Shown here one piece after another: positions 34,754 through 45,012 of a DNA stretch of 64,000 nt; position 1 is the first letter of the stretch; every line of letters starts with the position of its first letter. Location of the stretch: IMG/VR virus record IMGVR_UViG_3300046787_000508, positions 138,895 through 202,894 of that record. One strand, written 5' to 3'. Below the pieces are notes generated by a model. The model had not been told where the DNA came from and made no database searches. It saw only the letters and a list, made by a program, of their open reading frames with translations. The position numbers were made by a program, and so were the translations under genes. The DNA is from a virus. Taxonomy: Duplodnaviria > Caudoviricetes.

Positions 34754-36553
34754 TTATTTTTTTAACCACACGTATTTTTCACCGTATCTCTTATCAAGTT
34801 TTTGTTTAATTCTATCGTAACCCATTCCTGATAAAATTGAATCCAATTTACCAACGGTTTCATCGTCTAATTCGGGTCCTTTGTATTTTACTCGATTAGT
34901 TGGTGGAAGTACTGTTCCATCTTCTAATGTTGTTTCATTTGCATCACCTCTTAATAAATTAGCATCTTTCAATGCCTTATATAAATCGGTAGGTTGTTGG
35001 TTCGATTGAATCAATTGAGTTAACTCAGGAAGTTTAATGTCGATTGGATTAATTTTTAATCCCGCCATTTTTAAAGGTTCAATCGGCTCTAATTTTTTTC
35101 TATTACCTGAGCAATTTGTCAAAACCGCTTTATAAATGTCCTCAGTGATACCTTTTGATGTATCATATCCAGCTTCCTTTAATGAGGTTTGTGTTTTTGG
35201 TCCGTAATTACCTGTTTGTAAATTAGTTGGTAACCCTAAACATACTTGCATTTCTCTAATTAAATCATTTTTACATCCATAAGAGAAAGGTAAACCTTTA
35301 CACGGTTTATATGGTGAAGGTTTCGATTTTGATTTTACTTTTGGGTTTGGATTAGTTGTGGTAGTTGTTTTCTTTTCACCATCCCAATCAATATGGATAT
35401 TTGCATATTTTGAAAACTCACCAGATTGTTCTTGTAATTTAGCAGCAACATCAGATGCCCCACCACTTGTACCTTTACAATAATATGAACCTCTCACTTT
35501 ACCATCACCGGTAATTGCTCTACCATTTGGCCAAAAGAATAAACCATTATGTCCACTTGATTTTTGGTCAATTCCATCTGCAATTTTTGCAACTGCAACA
35601 TCACCAGTACCCACCACAAAATCAACACCATCTAAATTGGCTATACAAGCGGGTATAATACCGTTAGTGTTCTTACCGTCTTCACCGAACATACCTTTTA
35701 GTAGTTCATAGATTCCATAACCGGCCAATCCATAAAGAGCCAATTGTTTAGCGTTTAATCTACCCTTCAATTTTTTCAATCTATTGAAAACATCTGGTTT
35801 AAATCTTTTTAATTGTTCTGATGCTTTTTTCGCCAACTCAGCTCCTTTATCACCAATCTTAGTTAATAAACCAGCACCCTTAGCAACTTCTTCCGCAGGT
35901 TTAACAACGTCTTTAGCCACAAACTTAGCAACTTCAGGAGACGTTCCTTTTAATGTATTAGGGTTTAATGCGGGATTACCACCTTTTACACCTTTAAATT
36001 GACTTACATTTTTTACATTTCCACTTGCTTTCTGAGCTGCAGTTTTCAATGCCGCTTCCGCTTCTTGTGCTGACATACCGTATGTCTTAACTAACGTATC
36101 TTTTGCCAATTTTAAATTTTGAGCATTTGGAGCCATTACTGTCCCATTAGGGTAAACCTTTCTAGAAATTTCTTGAAATGATTTAGAATCAGTTAAAAAC
36201 CCTTTTAATTTAGCGGCAACTTCAGGTACCTTGTTAGCTTGTTTTATAATATTAAACGAATCCATCGTTGACATTTCACCACTTTTCAAAGCTGCGATTG
36301 CCTCATCTGCCGTTTTAAATTTACTTAATCCAGGAATCTCATTTTTAAATGTTGAGAATAGACCCTTTTCTTTAGACAAAACATTTGCTAAAACTTCAGC
36401 ACCACCCTTAGCTGCTTGAGTTACCTGTTCGTCAACTTCCACTTCTGGTGTTGTTATTTCTTCTTCTGATATAATTGATTCTGTTTTAACATCTGTTGTT
36501 TCAACCAACGTTAACATTTTTCTAATTAAATCTACGTTTTGATTATTTTCCAT
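34754..36553 (-). CDS. 599-aa protein with peptidoglycan-binding-like domain
   Basis: GCKNDLIREMQVCLG...GNYGPKTQTSL resembles PG_binding_1; central TM-like segment. Confidence 0.6.
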   Translation of the reverse strand: MENNQNVDLIRKMLTLVETTDVKTESIISEEEITTPEVEVDEQVTQAAKGGAEVLANVLSKEKGLFSTFKNEIPGLSKFKTADEAIAALKSGEMSTMDSFNIIKQANKVPEVAAKLKGFLTDSKSFQEISRKVYPNGTVMAPNAQNLKLAKDTLVKTYGMSAQEAEAALKTAAQKASGNVKNVSQFKGVKGGNPALNPNTLKGTSPEVAKFVAKDVVKPAEEVAKGAGLLTKIGDKGAELAKKASEQLKRFKPDVFNRLKKLKGRLNAKQLALYGLAGYGIYELLKGMFGEDGKNTNGIIPACIANLDGVDFVVGTGDVAVAKIADGIDQKSSGHNGLFFWPNGRAITGDGKVRGSYYCKGTSGGASDVAAKLQEQSGEFSKYANIHIDWDGEKKTTTTTNPNPKVKSKSKPSPYKPCKGLPFSYGCKNDLIREMQVCLGLPTNLQTGNYGPKTQTSLKEAGYDTSKGITEDIYKAVLTNCSGNRKKLEPIEPLKMAGLKINPIDIKLPELTQLIQSNQQPTDLYKALKDANLLRGDANETTLEDGTVLPPTNRVKYKGPELDDETVGKLDSILSGMGYDRIKQKLDKRYGEKYVWLKK

Positions 36554-36572
36554 CTTTTATTCTATTTTATTT

Positions 36573-37808
36573 TTAATTCATTTGAGATAATAAATTACCC
36601 ATGTCTCCCTCAATACCTTGTTTTATTACATCGTCAGGTATTGCTGATGCAACTTTACCAATCTCTTGATTAGATTTGTTTGCTGAGTAATTTTTATATT
36701 TATCGGCACCATACTCGATACCTTTATTTAAAGCGTAGAATCCAGTACCTACTTTTGCACCTTTAATCGCACCTTGACGTGCCATTGATTTAGTCACCTG
36801 TTTTAGTGGATTAGTAATGTCTTGTTTTATACCTTTAGATACAATAGATTTTAATGAAGGATTATTTACCGATGCCTTCTGTAATGCAGGACTAAATGTT
36901 GACTTCATGTCGGTAAAGACTTTACCAAGACTACGTTTAGCGGTTGAAACTAAAGACTCGGCTTTAGGTCCGAAAACACTTGCCAACCATTCAAACGGTT
37001 TTGCCAATAGACTTAATATTTTTCCGGCACCTCCGGCTAACATTTCAATTAACGGACCTAAGAATTTAGGACTCATTTTTGCTATATTACCACCCACACT
37101 TGTAAATGCGGTTTTTAATCCCTTAGCGGCACCTGAGAAAATTAATCCTACGAAACAAACCGCAATATCAATATAAGCCCATGCACCTTTTATTTTACCT
37201 GTCATTAATTGGTAAATTTTCCATATACCTAAAATACCCCATAAAATTCCTGTGGCTAACTTACCGACACCAATTGCCGTCAACGCAACATCTAAACCAA
37301 TTCCAACGGGTGATAACATGAAGTTTTCTAATTTCTCCATAAACCAAGGTAAACCTTTATTCAATACCCAAGCACCTGCCTCTTTAACTTTATCCCATGC
37401 TTTACCTGCAACTCCCTTTACATCGTCCCAAATACCTTCAGCCAATAATGGATATTGTTCCACTAATTTTAGTTTAACAAAATCCCAAGCTTCCTCTATA
37501 AGTTGTAGTGTGTCAGTTGAGTGTTCATTCTCAACCAATAGTGATTGTCCATATTTCATCTCATATTCCATAATGTAATTAGGTTCGTTACCTAACAATG
37601 GATATATCAGTTTTCTCATTTTACTAAATAAATCAGTCGATTCCATTAAAGAATGTTCATAAGATAATGTAAATTGAGATTTGTACATTTCGGAAACAAA
37701 AATAGGATTTGGTGAGTTGATATCGGTAGAAAGACCTGTCTCAATGTCAACAAGTTTGTTAAACATTTGTACAAATCTACCGTCCTTTGTGATTATTGGT
37801 TCTCCCAT
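36573..37808 (-). CDS. helical protein with hydrophobic hairpins, putative virion-internal/ejection protein
   Basis: GIGLDVALTAIGVG...WGILGIWKIY...IDIAVCFVGLIFSG. Confidence 0.55.
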   Translation of the reverse strand: MGEPIITKDGRFVQMFNKLVDIETGLSTDINSPNPIFVSEMYKSQFTLSYEHSLMESTDLFSKMRKLIYPLLGNEPNYIMEYEMKYGQSLLVENEHSTDTLQLIEEAWDFVKLKLVEQYPLLAEGIWDDVKGVAGKAWDKVKEAGAWVLNKGLPWFMEKLENFMLSPVGIGLDVALTAIGVGKLATGILWGILGIWKIYQLMTGKIKGAWAYIDIAVCFVGLIFSGAAKGLKTAFTSVGGNIAKMSPKFLGPLIEMLAGGAGKILSLLAKPFEWLASVFGPKAESLVSTAKRSLGKVFTDMKSTFSPALQKASVNNPSLKSIVSKGIKQDITNPLKQVTKSMARQGAIKGAKVGTGFYALNKGIEYGADKYKNYSANKSNQEIGKVASAIPDDVIKQGIEGDMGNLLSQMN

Positions 37809-37848
37809 TATTTTTGTGATTATACTATAAATATCAAGTAAAACTTAA

Positions 37849-38103
37849 TTATTTTAATTGATTTGCGGGACCGTCTCTTTTTGTTCTATCGTCCATTTTT
37901 TTATTACCAATTGGGTTTGCGGGTCCCCTTGAAAGTTTAGAACCTACAATGTCTGACCATTTTGTTACTTCAGGATAACCTTGACCTCCACTCTGTGTTG
38001 CCGATGTACCGGCACTAGGTTCTGCAGATGCTGGGTCTTCCTGTTCTTCAATATCTTTAGTAATAAGATTTTTTAATTGTTTTTCGGATATAATAAGTCT
38101 CAT
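37849..38103 (-). CDS. small protein with IISEKQL N-terminal motif
   Basis: MRLIISEKQLKNLI; TATTTAT upstream. Confidence 0.7.
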   Translation of the reverse strand: MRLIISEKQLKNLITKDIEEQEDPASAEPSAGTSATQSGGQGYPEVTKWSDIVGSKLSRGPANPIGNKKMDDRTKRDGPANQLK

Positions 38104-38197
38104 GTTAATAAATACTGTAGAATATTTTGTATATAGAAAAATACTCAATTTTCTTGAGTTTTTAAACCTTATATCCGTGAATTTGTTTGAATAACGA

Positions 38198-38566
38198 TTA
38201 CTCGTCGTAGATAGTTGGGTCTATCTTTGAAAACATTTTAATGTAAACACCCGCCTTAGCGTTTGCCTCATCTTCAATTTCTCCACCTATATCCGGTGGT
38301 TGTACTTTAAGTCTACCTTGTTCGAATTGTTTGTGGTGAACCATTTCGTGTGCGATACTTCTTAACACGTCAACAAGTGCTCTATTTTTACCCGTAACTC
38401 TTATTAGTTTATTTTCTTTGGTATAATCGTAATTTGCGGTTGTTTTTAGACCGTCACGATTATTCTGAACGGCAATCGTCGGTACGGTTTTTAAGTCAAG
38501 TTCTTTTTTAACAAACCTAACAAATTTGTCTAATGTATCTTTTTTCTTTTCGTTTAAGAATCCCAT
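38198..38566 (-). CDS. zincin-like (HExxH) protein
   Basis: SIAHEMVH...EDEANA. Confidence 0.65.
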   Translation of the reverse strand: MGFLNEKKKDTLDKFVRFVKKELDLKTVPTIAVQNNRDGLKTTANYDYTKENKLIRVTGKNRALVDVLRSIAHEMVHHKQFEQGRLKVQPPDIGGEIEDEANAKAGVYIKMFSKIDPTIYDE

Positions 38567-38577
38567 AGTAATAAATA

Positions 38578-38817
38578 TTACAAAGTTTTTTCTTCAGGTA
38601 AATCGTTATCCTTAAAATATTGGGTTAACAAATCAATAATGAAATCTTCATCAATTTCATTCATTTCATCTTCAGTTATTATTGTTGGTGAGTTATATTC
38701 AATGTCTTCAAAAACAAGTTCCACCACTCTGTAGTACCTGTCTCTATCCTTTCTAGTAGAAAATTCGACATACAACGTCCTGTTGTCGTCGTTATAAAAA
38801 TATTCAATAATTGTCAT
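38578..38817 (-). CDS. hypothetical acidic protein
   Basis: ORF of 79 aa. Confidence 0.6.
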   Translation of the reverse strand: MTIIEYFYNDDNRTLYVEFSTRKDRDRYYRVVELVFEDIEYNSPTIITEDEMNEIDEDFIIDLLTQYFKDNDLPEEKTL

Positions 38818-38858
38818 ATCTAAACAATCATAATTATATTACATTTAAGGAAAAGACC

Positions 38859-39518
38859 TTAAGCCATATCAGAATGAACGTTTTTAGGGTTCATTGCAAT
38901 ACTTGCTGAATTTAAAACTTCGTAGTGTAGGTGAGCTCCCATTGAGTTTCCTCTATATGGGTCATTTGGTCCACCTCCAGAATATCCAATTAATTGTCCT
39001 TTTTTCACGTCCTGACCTTGACTAACTGTCCATCTTTTTAAGTGACAGAATTTAGTTTTTAACCCAACACCTGTATGGTCAATCTGAACAAATCCACCGC
39101 ATCCGTTTGGTGAGGTATCTTTAGCCGTTACAACCCTACCATCTGCGGGTGCATATACAGGTGAACCTGATACCGCAGGTAAATCGACCCCTTTATGGTT
39201 TTTAGATGCACTACCACCGACATTACGTGGACCAAATCCACTTGTTACTTTTGTTCTTTTACCTAGTGGGTTCATTAACTCAGTTCCCGGTGGAATATCG
39301 TTTGCGAATGTACTTGACGAACTATCAGTATTACCCCCATTTAATTTATCAACAGCGGACCCAATTGGGTCTCTCATAAATTTAGCAAATGCCGCAAGTG
39401 CTGGTGCCTCTTTTTCGAGACTACCCATTAAATCTCCACCTTCCTTTTTAGGTGCTTCCTGTTCATCTAAGGTTACCATCAATTTATTCAATTGACCCTC
39501 GGTTAATTTTAGCTTCAT
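38859..39518 (-). CDS. M23 family peptidase
   Basis: HKGVD, FCHL, HLHYEV motifs; N-terminal LTEGQL motif. Confidence 0.9.
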   Translation of the reverse strand: MKLKLTEGQLNKLMVTLDEQEAPKKEGGDLMGSLEKEAPALAAFAKFMRDPIGSAVDKLNGGNTDSSSSTFANDIPPGTELMNPLGKRTKVTSGFGPRNVGGSASKNHKGVDLPAVSGSPVYAPADGRVVTAKDTSPNGCGGFVQIDHTGVGLKTKFCHLKRWTVSQGQDVKKGQLIGYSGGGPNDPYRGNSMGAHLHYEVLNSASIAMNPKNVHSDMA

Positions 39519-39565
39519 ATACATATAAATATACTGTTTATTGTACTTTCTAAATAATTAATAAT

Positions 39566-39856
39566 ATGACCGTTAATTTTCTACTTCGAGCAACTAGAAT
39601 TATTCATTCGGATGATTATGACGACGATGAGTTGGTGATGGTGTACGATTATATACGTAGACTTGACAATGAAACATTAATAGTGTATCTTAATACATGT
39701 ACGGTAATATCGTATGATAACGATTTAGAATTTTTTATTGAGATAATTGACGGATTAATTTCTATTCTTGAAAAAAGAGAAGAGTATGAAAAATGTGATA
39801 AGTTATTTAAAAGAAAACAACAATCGTTAGAAATAATTAAACTTAAAAAAATATAA
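39566..39856 (+). CDS. hypothetical protein with C-terminal UVR-like motif
   Basis: LEKREEYEKCDKL. Confidence 0.65.
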   Translation: MTVNFLLRATRIIHSDDYDDDELVMVYDYIRRLDNETLIVYLNTCTVISYDNDLEFFIEIIDGLISILEKREEYEKCDKLFKRKQQSLEIIKLKKI

Positions 39857-39857
39857 T

Positions 39858-40007
39858 ATGTCAGTATTTGGAATGTCAGAAGAAGAGAGAAAGAAAATCT
39901 CCGACCAACACAAAGTAGCTATGAAAAAGGATAGTGAAAAAAAAGAAGAATTAAAAAAAGGTTTACAAAAACCAGAAGAAAAGAAAGAAGATAAAAAAAC
40001 CTCCTAA
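39858..40007 (+). CDS. small charged protein (49 aa)
   Basis: MSVFGMSEEERKKISDQH... read by hand. Confidence 0.55.
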   Translation: MSVFGMSEEERKKISDQHKVAMKKDSEKKEELKKGLQKPEEKKEDKKTS

Positions 40008-40020
40008 TCGGAGGTTTTTA

Positions 40021-40722
40021 TTATTTTTCCCAAGCGTAATGTTTAAAATTTCTCATAAACATATGAACCGCGGGACTATTTTCAAATATTGGTAAACCAC
40101 TATTTCTTATTGCAACCCCAATGGAATATCCTTCACCGTAACCTAAAATATATTGATTACGTTCCGTATCCTTCTTATCACAAAAATCAGATAACATATC
40201 CCAAGTCTCTAAGAATTTAACTATTCTCTCATCTTTTCTAATTATAAGAAAACTTTCTTGGAAAAGAATCACTCCATCAGTTAATAATGATGACCTATCG
40301 CAGAACTCCTTGTATTCAACACCATAAGGAACCCTATCAACTTTACCCAATATGAATTTATCAAAGGAACAATCTGCCGGATATTTCCATAAAATTTGAG
40401 GGTAGATTCCGGGTTCTAAATCTAAATCTGTAATCTCATTTAAAAAGTTTACATCCCTAACCCCATGGTCAGCATCCATTAGAACTACATGGTCATAGTT
40501 CTTAAATCCTTCTTTAAATAATAATTTCTTATCATGAAATGAGAACTTCTCCTTTTCATATTTTATAGTTGTAATTCTATCTGAAAAATTAAATTTTTCC
40601 ACATCATCAGTTAAAATGATGAATCTAACATCAATTACATTACTAATATCGTTTATTAGTTTTATTGTTTTTTCGTGGTATTTTACACCGACAGATGCAA
40701 TACCAATTACAAAATTTTTCAT
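40021..40722 (-). CDS. putative glycosyltransferase
   Basis: FIILTDD and VLMDADH DxD motif; in GT cluster. Confidence 0.6.
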   Translation of the reverse strand: MKNFVIGIASVGVKYHEKTIKLINDISNVIDVRFIILTDDVEKFNFSDRITTIKYEKEKFSFHDKKLLFKEGFKNYDHVVLMDADHGVRDVNFLNEITDLDLEPGIYPQILWKYPADCSFDKFILGKVDRVPYGVEYKEFCDRSSLLTDGVILFQESFLIIRKDERIVKFLETWDMLSDFCDKKDTERNQYILGYGEGYSIGVAIRNSGLPIFENSPAVHMFMRNFKHYAWEK

Positions 40723-41519
40723 TAAATAAGTGTCCAATTTTCACAAACCAAATCACCAAAAGACTTATTATGTGATTTTTCTTTATAGTATTTCTCAGAG
40801 AACCAATTATTAGTTGGGTCCGGTGAGATAACGTTATTATTATCCCCTAACCAAGCACTCCACCAACTAAAGGTGCTATTGGCTATTATGTTATTTTTAA
40901 ACATTGACATCAAATGTAACTCAGTAAAATCACTTTTCTCGTTGATGTAGGTTTTGTTTTTAATAAAAGTTAAGTTATCCTTACACCATTGAATATCATC
41001 TGAAAAAATAACAAATGTTGTGTCGTCATCGAAACGACTAACAGCATCCATATAGTAGTCTAAACTTAGGATGTTCATATCCGGATTTAATAATGAATCA
41101 CCTTTCCTAACATGTAACGTACAAGTTTTACCATTTATAAGTTCTGAGTAGTCATTAACTAATCTATTTTTTATCTCATCTTTAATTGAGAATAATTCAA
41201 CAACCTCATCTCTGACGTGTTTGAAATACTTTTCAGATTGAAAAAACCCATCGATTATTGTGTCAGTATTAAATTTTGGTGGTTTAACATATTTTATATC
41301 ACCTATACCCCAACGACTCACATCGGTAAGGGAATTTAAATCTACCCATGGTAATTCATGTTTAAATTCTGAATTTGCACCGTATCTAACTCTTCTAAAA
41401 TTACAAACGTCAGGAAATGCAAACGAAGTATTACTATCGTTTGCTGCTCCCATCGTTGTTGCAATTTGAAATAAAGAGTTACCTAATCCCCAACCACCTA
41501 GTCTTTCAAAAACTATCAT
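40722..41519 (-). CDS. GT11 alpha-1,2-fucosyltransferase-like
   Basis: GLGNSLFQ, GFFQSEKYF, LHVRKGD, FSDDIQWCK, IANSTFSWW. Confidence 0.9.
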   Translation of the reverse strand: MIVFERLGGWGLGNSLFQIATTMGAANDSNTSFAFPDVCNFRRVRYGANSEFKHELPWVDLNSLTDVSRWGIGDIKYVKPPKFNTDTIIDGFFQSEKYFKHVRDEVVELFSIKDEIKNRLVNDYSELINGKTCTLHVRKGDSLLNPDMNILSLDYYMDAVSRFDDDTTFVIFSDDIQWCKDNLTFIKNKTYINEKSDFTELHLMSMFKNNIIANSTFSWWSAWLGDNNNVISPDPTNNWFSEKYYKEKSHNKSFGDLVCENWTLI

Positions 41520-42217
41520 AATTCAAATTTATTATAAAGTTCATTAACTTCAGCCAATTTATCTTTTGATTTCTCACCAATTCTTGCCCAATAACTATCA
41601 CCTCTTAAAGTGTGGTCATACTCATAATCCTTAATACAGAATAATTTGTAACCAGAACTTAACCATAAATAATTAAAGTATATGACATCCACCGCCCAAT
41701 ACGCGAAGGACTCATCAATTTTCTCTGATACCTTTAAATAATTTTCCCTGTTAATTAAAAAATTACCTGTATTTAAAAATATTTGCATATCTAAATTAGG
41801 TATTTTAGGTTTAACAAATTCCATATCCATCAAAACGTTTGAGAAAACTTTAAATCCAAAATTAGGTCTTGCAAAATCAGGGCAGTACGTTGTTTCGTTA
41901 TTTAACTCTAATTCTTTGATTTTATCAAAACAATTCTTTTCTAAGAAATTGTCTGAATCCATCAATAGGACCCAATCATTTTTACAATTCCTCACTAAAT
42001 TAACTCTACTTAATAAGGGTGACAAATTCTTTTCATTTTGAAATACTTTAACGTTTTCACTTTCGTACGGTTTAAGTAAATCGTAATCTTCGGTAAAATC
42101 ATCTTGAATGACAATCTCATCAATTAATCCTCCGGACATCGTGAAAAAGTCTCTTTCTAATTGTTTTAAGATGTATTTGTAACTATTGTATGTTGTAAAT
42201 GCTAAGCTTATTTTCAT
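41516..42217 (-). CDS. GT2 glycosyltransferase
   Basis: IVIQDD, WVLLMDSD. Confidence 0.8.
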   Translation of the reverse strand: MKISLAFTTYNSYKYILKQLERDFFTMSGGLIDEIVIQDDFTEDYDLLKPYESENVKVFQNEKNLSPLLSRVNLVRNCKNDWVLLMDSDNFLEKNCFDKIKELELNNETTYCPDFARPNFGFKVFSNVLMDMEFVKPKIPNLDMQIFLNTGNFLINRENYLKVSEKIDESFAYWAVDVIYFNYLWLSSGYKLFCIKDYEYDHTLRGDSYWARIGEKSKDKLAEVNELYNKFEL

Positions 42218-43422
42218 AGTGAATAATCTTTTCTTTCAACCCAATTACCTTGTTTATCAACAGGCCAATAAACCCATTTACTCGGTTCGATGAATGTTTT
42301 AACAGTAACATTTAATGTCTCAACATGTTCTTGTAGGTCATTTCTATAAATTACATTACCGTCTTTATCTTCTATACCAATGTATATGAATTGGAAATCG
42401 ACCGTTGGTTTTGGTATTGTTAAATTATATGTATGTTCAATTTCGACAAGTTTATCCCATTCTGTGTTATCGTTAACTGGTGGATTAATACCCTTAATTG
42501 CGTTTGGGTGCAATTTTCTATTTAAAAAGTTAATACCAGCATATAACTCATAGTCACGGTGAGACCTAACTGTCCCTAATCCATAAATCCCTAAGTCTAT
42601 GTTATTATCCTCTTCTTGTAACATGTGTCTTAACCTTCTCTTACTCTCATTGTCCATCTCCCACCAAGGTTTTTCAACTAAACCTTTAGTTTTGTTTTCA
42701 TTGTTAAAGTCCGTCCAATGTTTTGTTCTACCTTCTCTTGTGTATTCATGCCACACAACAGTTTTATGTGGGTGAAATAAATCATAACCCAATGTGTAGG
42801 AACGAATTGATAAACTAATCTCGTCACCTGCGAAGTAGATATTTGGGTCGTATTTGTACTCTTCACAGTGGTAACCCCATGTAAAGAAAAAGTGTCCACT
42901 GACAAATCTAGCCGGTATCGGTTCAGTTAATGATTGCCAATTTTCAATATGATGAGGTCTAAATAAAATAGTTCCACCTGGTGTAAAATTAGACGGTACC
43001 ATTTTATACGGTTCAACATTTAATAACGTATTGTCAGATGGTCGATACATCCCCGCATATGCTGTGATAATTGGTTTCTCCGACCCTGTTTGGTTCATCA
43101 TGGTAATTAACTCCTCGTCCCAATCCTGAAGAAAACGGTGGTGAGAATCTAATTGCATCGTGTATTCTTCATCTTTCCATAGTTTCTGAATTTCACTACG
43201 TGCCCAACATAAACCTTTACTTTCGTTCCATGGATAATCTAAAATTGTGAATCTTTCATCATTGGCATATTCTTCCATGGATTCAGTTTCATCTCTTTGC
43301 CAACAAATACCGAAAGTTAACATTTCGGGCTTACTAGCTTTAGCAATACAATCTCTTATTGTTGGTAATAATTCAGGGTCTCTATATGAGGCTATCTGAA
43401 CAAAAATCTTTCTGTTTCCCAT
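42214..43422 (-). CDS. GT60-like polypeptide GlcNAc-transferase
   Basis: IFVQIASYRDPEL, GLCWARS, MQLDSHHRF, FAGDEISLSIR. Confidence 0.8.
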   Translation of the reverse strand: MGNRKIFVQIASYRDPELLPTIRDCIAKASKPEMLTFGICWQRDETESMEEYANDERFTILDYPWNESKGLCWARSEIQKLWKDEEYTMQLDSHHRFLQDWDEELITMMNQTGSEKPIITAYAGMYRPSDNTLLNVEPYKMVPSNFTPGGTILFRPHHIENWQSLTEPIPARFVSGHFFFTWGYHCEEYKYDPNIYFAGDEISLSIRSYTLGYDLFHPHKTVVWHEYTREGRTKHWTDFNNENKTKGLVEKPWWEMDNESKRRLRHMLQEEDNNIDLGIYGLGTVRSHRDYELYAGINFLNRKLHPNAIKGINPPVNDNTEWDKLVEIEHTYNLTIPKPTVDFQFIYIGIEDKDGNVIYRNDLQEHVETLNVTVKTFIEPSKWVYWPVDKQGNWVERKDYSL

Positions 43423-43532
43423 TTTTTATTTTTTTATATTAAAATATACGATTTTTTTTCTAAAAATCAAATCTTTAGTGATTTGTTATTATTGTTTTTT
43501 TTTATTACATTTGTTTTATATTAATAACAGAC

Positions 43533-43895
43533 ATGGGAAAAACTTACCAACCAATTGTAATTGAAAAAACCGATAAACTTGTGGACGCACTATCCGAAAG
43601 TGGATTTTTCGATGATTATGAAATAACGAATACTGATTTCGCAAAAACATATATTAGTGATGCGTTAACCGATAAATTCATATTAGGTGAATTAGATTTT
43701 GAGGAAAATGAACTATTTTCCGAGGAAGAATTTGATAAACTTTTAAGGGAGATTGTTGCAGGTTCAATATTACATGAACTTAAACAAAATGGGTTGGTTG
43801 AATCGTATGAAGATGATGTAACTGAAGAGTTATTCTTTTTGACTGAGAAGGGTAAAATGGCGTTAGCGGATAAAAACAAAAAAATAGAAGATTAG
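43533..43895 (+). CDS. hypothetical acidic protein, winged-helix-like end
   Basis: TACATTTG promoter at 43506-43513; FFLTEKG. Confidence 0.7.
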   Translation: MGKTYQPIVIEKTDKLVDALSESGFFDDYEITNTDFAKTYISDALTDKFILGELDFEENELFSEEEFDKLLREIVAGSILHELKQNGLVESYEDDVTEELFFLTEKGKMALADKNKKIED

Positions 43896-43896
43896 A

Positions 43897-44223
43897 TTAT
43901 TTCTTCTCTTCTATTTGTTGTGTGTATAACGTTTTTTTATATTGTTTAACCTTATCTTTTAATTGTGTAATGACTTTCTGTGCATTAGATAGATTACTTG
44001 ATATTGTGGTAATTCTACCATTTGATAACGTTTTTAAACCTGAAGGTATTGAATCATCTAATTTCCTCAACTCCTTTACTGTCTCATTAAGTGAATTTTG
44101 AAGTTCGTCAATTTTAAACTGTACTTTACTAAATTCTTGTCTTGATACCTTTGAGGTACTTTCACTTAAAACTTTATGTAATAGGTCCTTTATTTGATTT
44201 TCTGAAATGATTTTCTTTTCCAT
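43897..44223 (-). CDS. coiled-coil protein with IISENQI motif
   Basis: MEKKIISENQIKDLL. Confidence 0.7.
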   Translation of the reverse strand: MEKKIISENQIKDLLHKVLSESTSKVSRQEFSKVQFKIDELQNSLNETVKELRKLDDSIPSGLKTLSNGRITTISSNLSNAQKVITQLKDKVKQYKKTLYTQQIEEKK

Positions 44224-44240
44224 ATTACTATAAATAGTGT

Positions 44241-44483
44241 TTACTCGATTCTAAAATCGGTATCTGAACCTTTTAATTCAAGGTCTCTAACCATACCTTC
44301 TTTAATGTACTTTCTAATAAGAACTGAAGTTGAGATATTTTGGTCGTCAGCCACTTCCTTAATTTTCTCAAAATAAGTAGGTACAATTCTAAACGATAAC
44401 ATTCTAATAAGTTGTTTATATTTTGGTATTTCAGTGTGTGATGAATTATCCGGTGCGGTTGTAGTTGTTTTTTTATCTGACAT
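44241..44483 (-). CDS. ribbon-helix-helix-like DNA-binding protein
   Basis: MLSFRI...EVADDQNISTSVLIRKYI. Confidence 0.6.
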   Translation of the reverse strand: MSDKKTTTTAPDNSSHTEIPKYKQLIRMLSFRIVPTYFEKIKEVADDQNISTSVLIRKYIKEGMVRDLELKGSDTDFRIE

Positions 44484-44556
44484 TGTTCTAATATTTCTAT
44501 ATAAATATTTTGTATTACAATTAAAATTCATTATATTATTAAAAAACAAATAAATT

Positions 44557-44916
44557 ATGTCAGAAGATAAACAAGTTCAGTTATCTGTAGTAAAACAATG
44601 TGAGGAGAAATACCCAGAAACAACTGCAGAATTTAAAAAAATCTTAAAAGAACAATATGAAGTGTTCTGTAGAAAACAATTAAACTATGGTCCCGATAAT
44701 ATATCCGTAGGTACTCGTTTAGAGACCGCTGAGGAACTTAAATTATCACAAACAGGTCTTTGGTTCAGAATGAATGATAAGATTCAGAGATTGAAGCAAT
44801 TGGTGTTATTAGGTCAACCTGACACTGTTGGTGAGGCCGTGGAAGATACATATCAAGATTTATCTGTATATAATATCATTGCACAAATTGTCATCAGAGG
44901 TAAATGGGCTAAGTAA
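44557..44916 (+). CDS. nucleotide-modification-associated domain 1 (DUF1599-like)
   Basis: RKQLNYGPDNI...FRMNDKIQRL...EDTYQDLSVYNII. Confidence 0.75.
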   Translation: MSEDKQVQLSVVKQCEEKYPETTAEFKKILKEQYEVFCRKQLNYGPDNISVGTRLETAEELKLSQTGLWFRMNDKIQRLKQLVLLGQPDTVGEAVEDTYQDLSVYNIIAQIVIRGKWAK

Positions 44917-45012
44917 TTGGTAATCTTATTAATAGGGGGTATTGTCTATTTTTAATGGATTATACCCCTTTTTAATGTAACGTAATGGTATTTATTAATA
45001 AACGGAAAAGAC

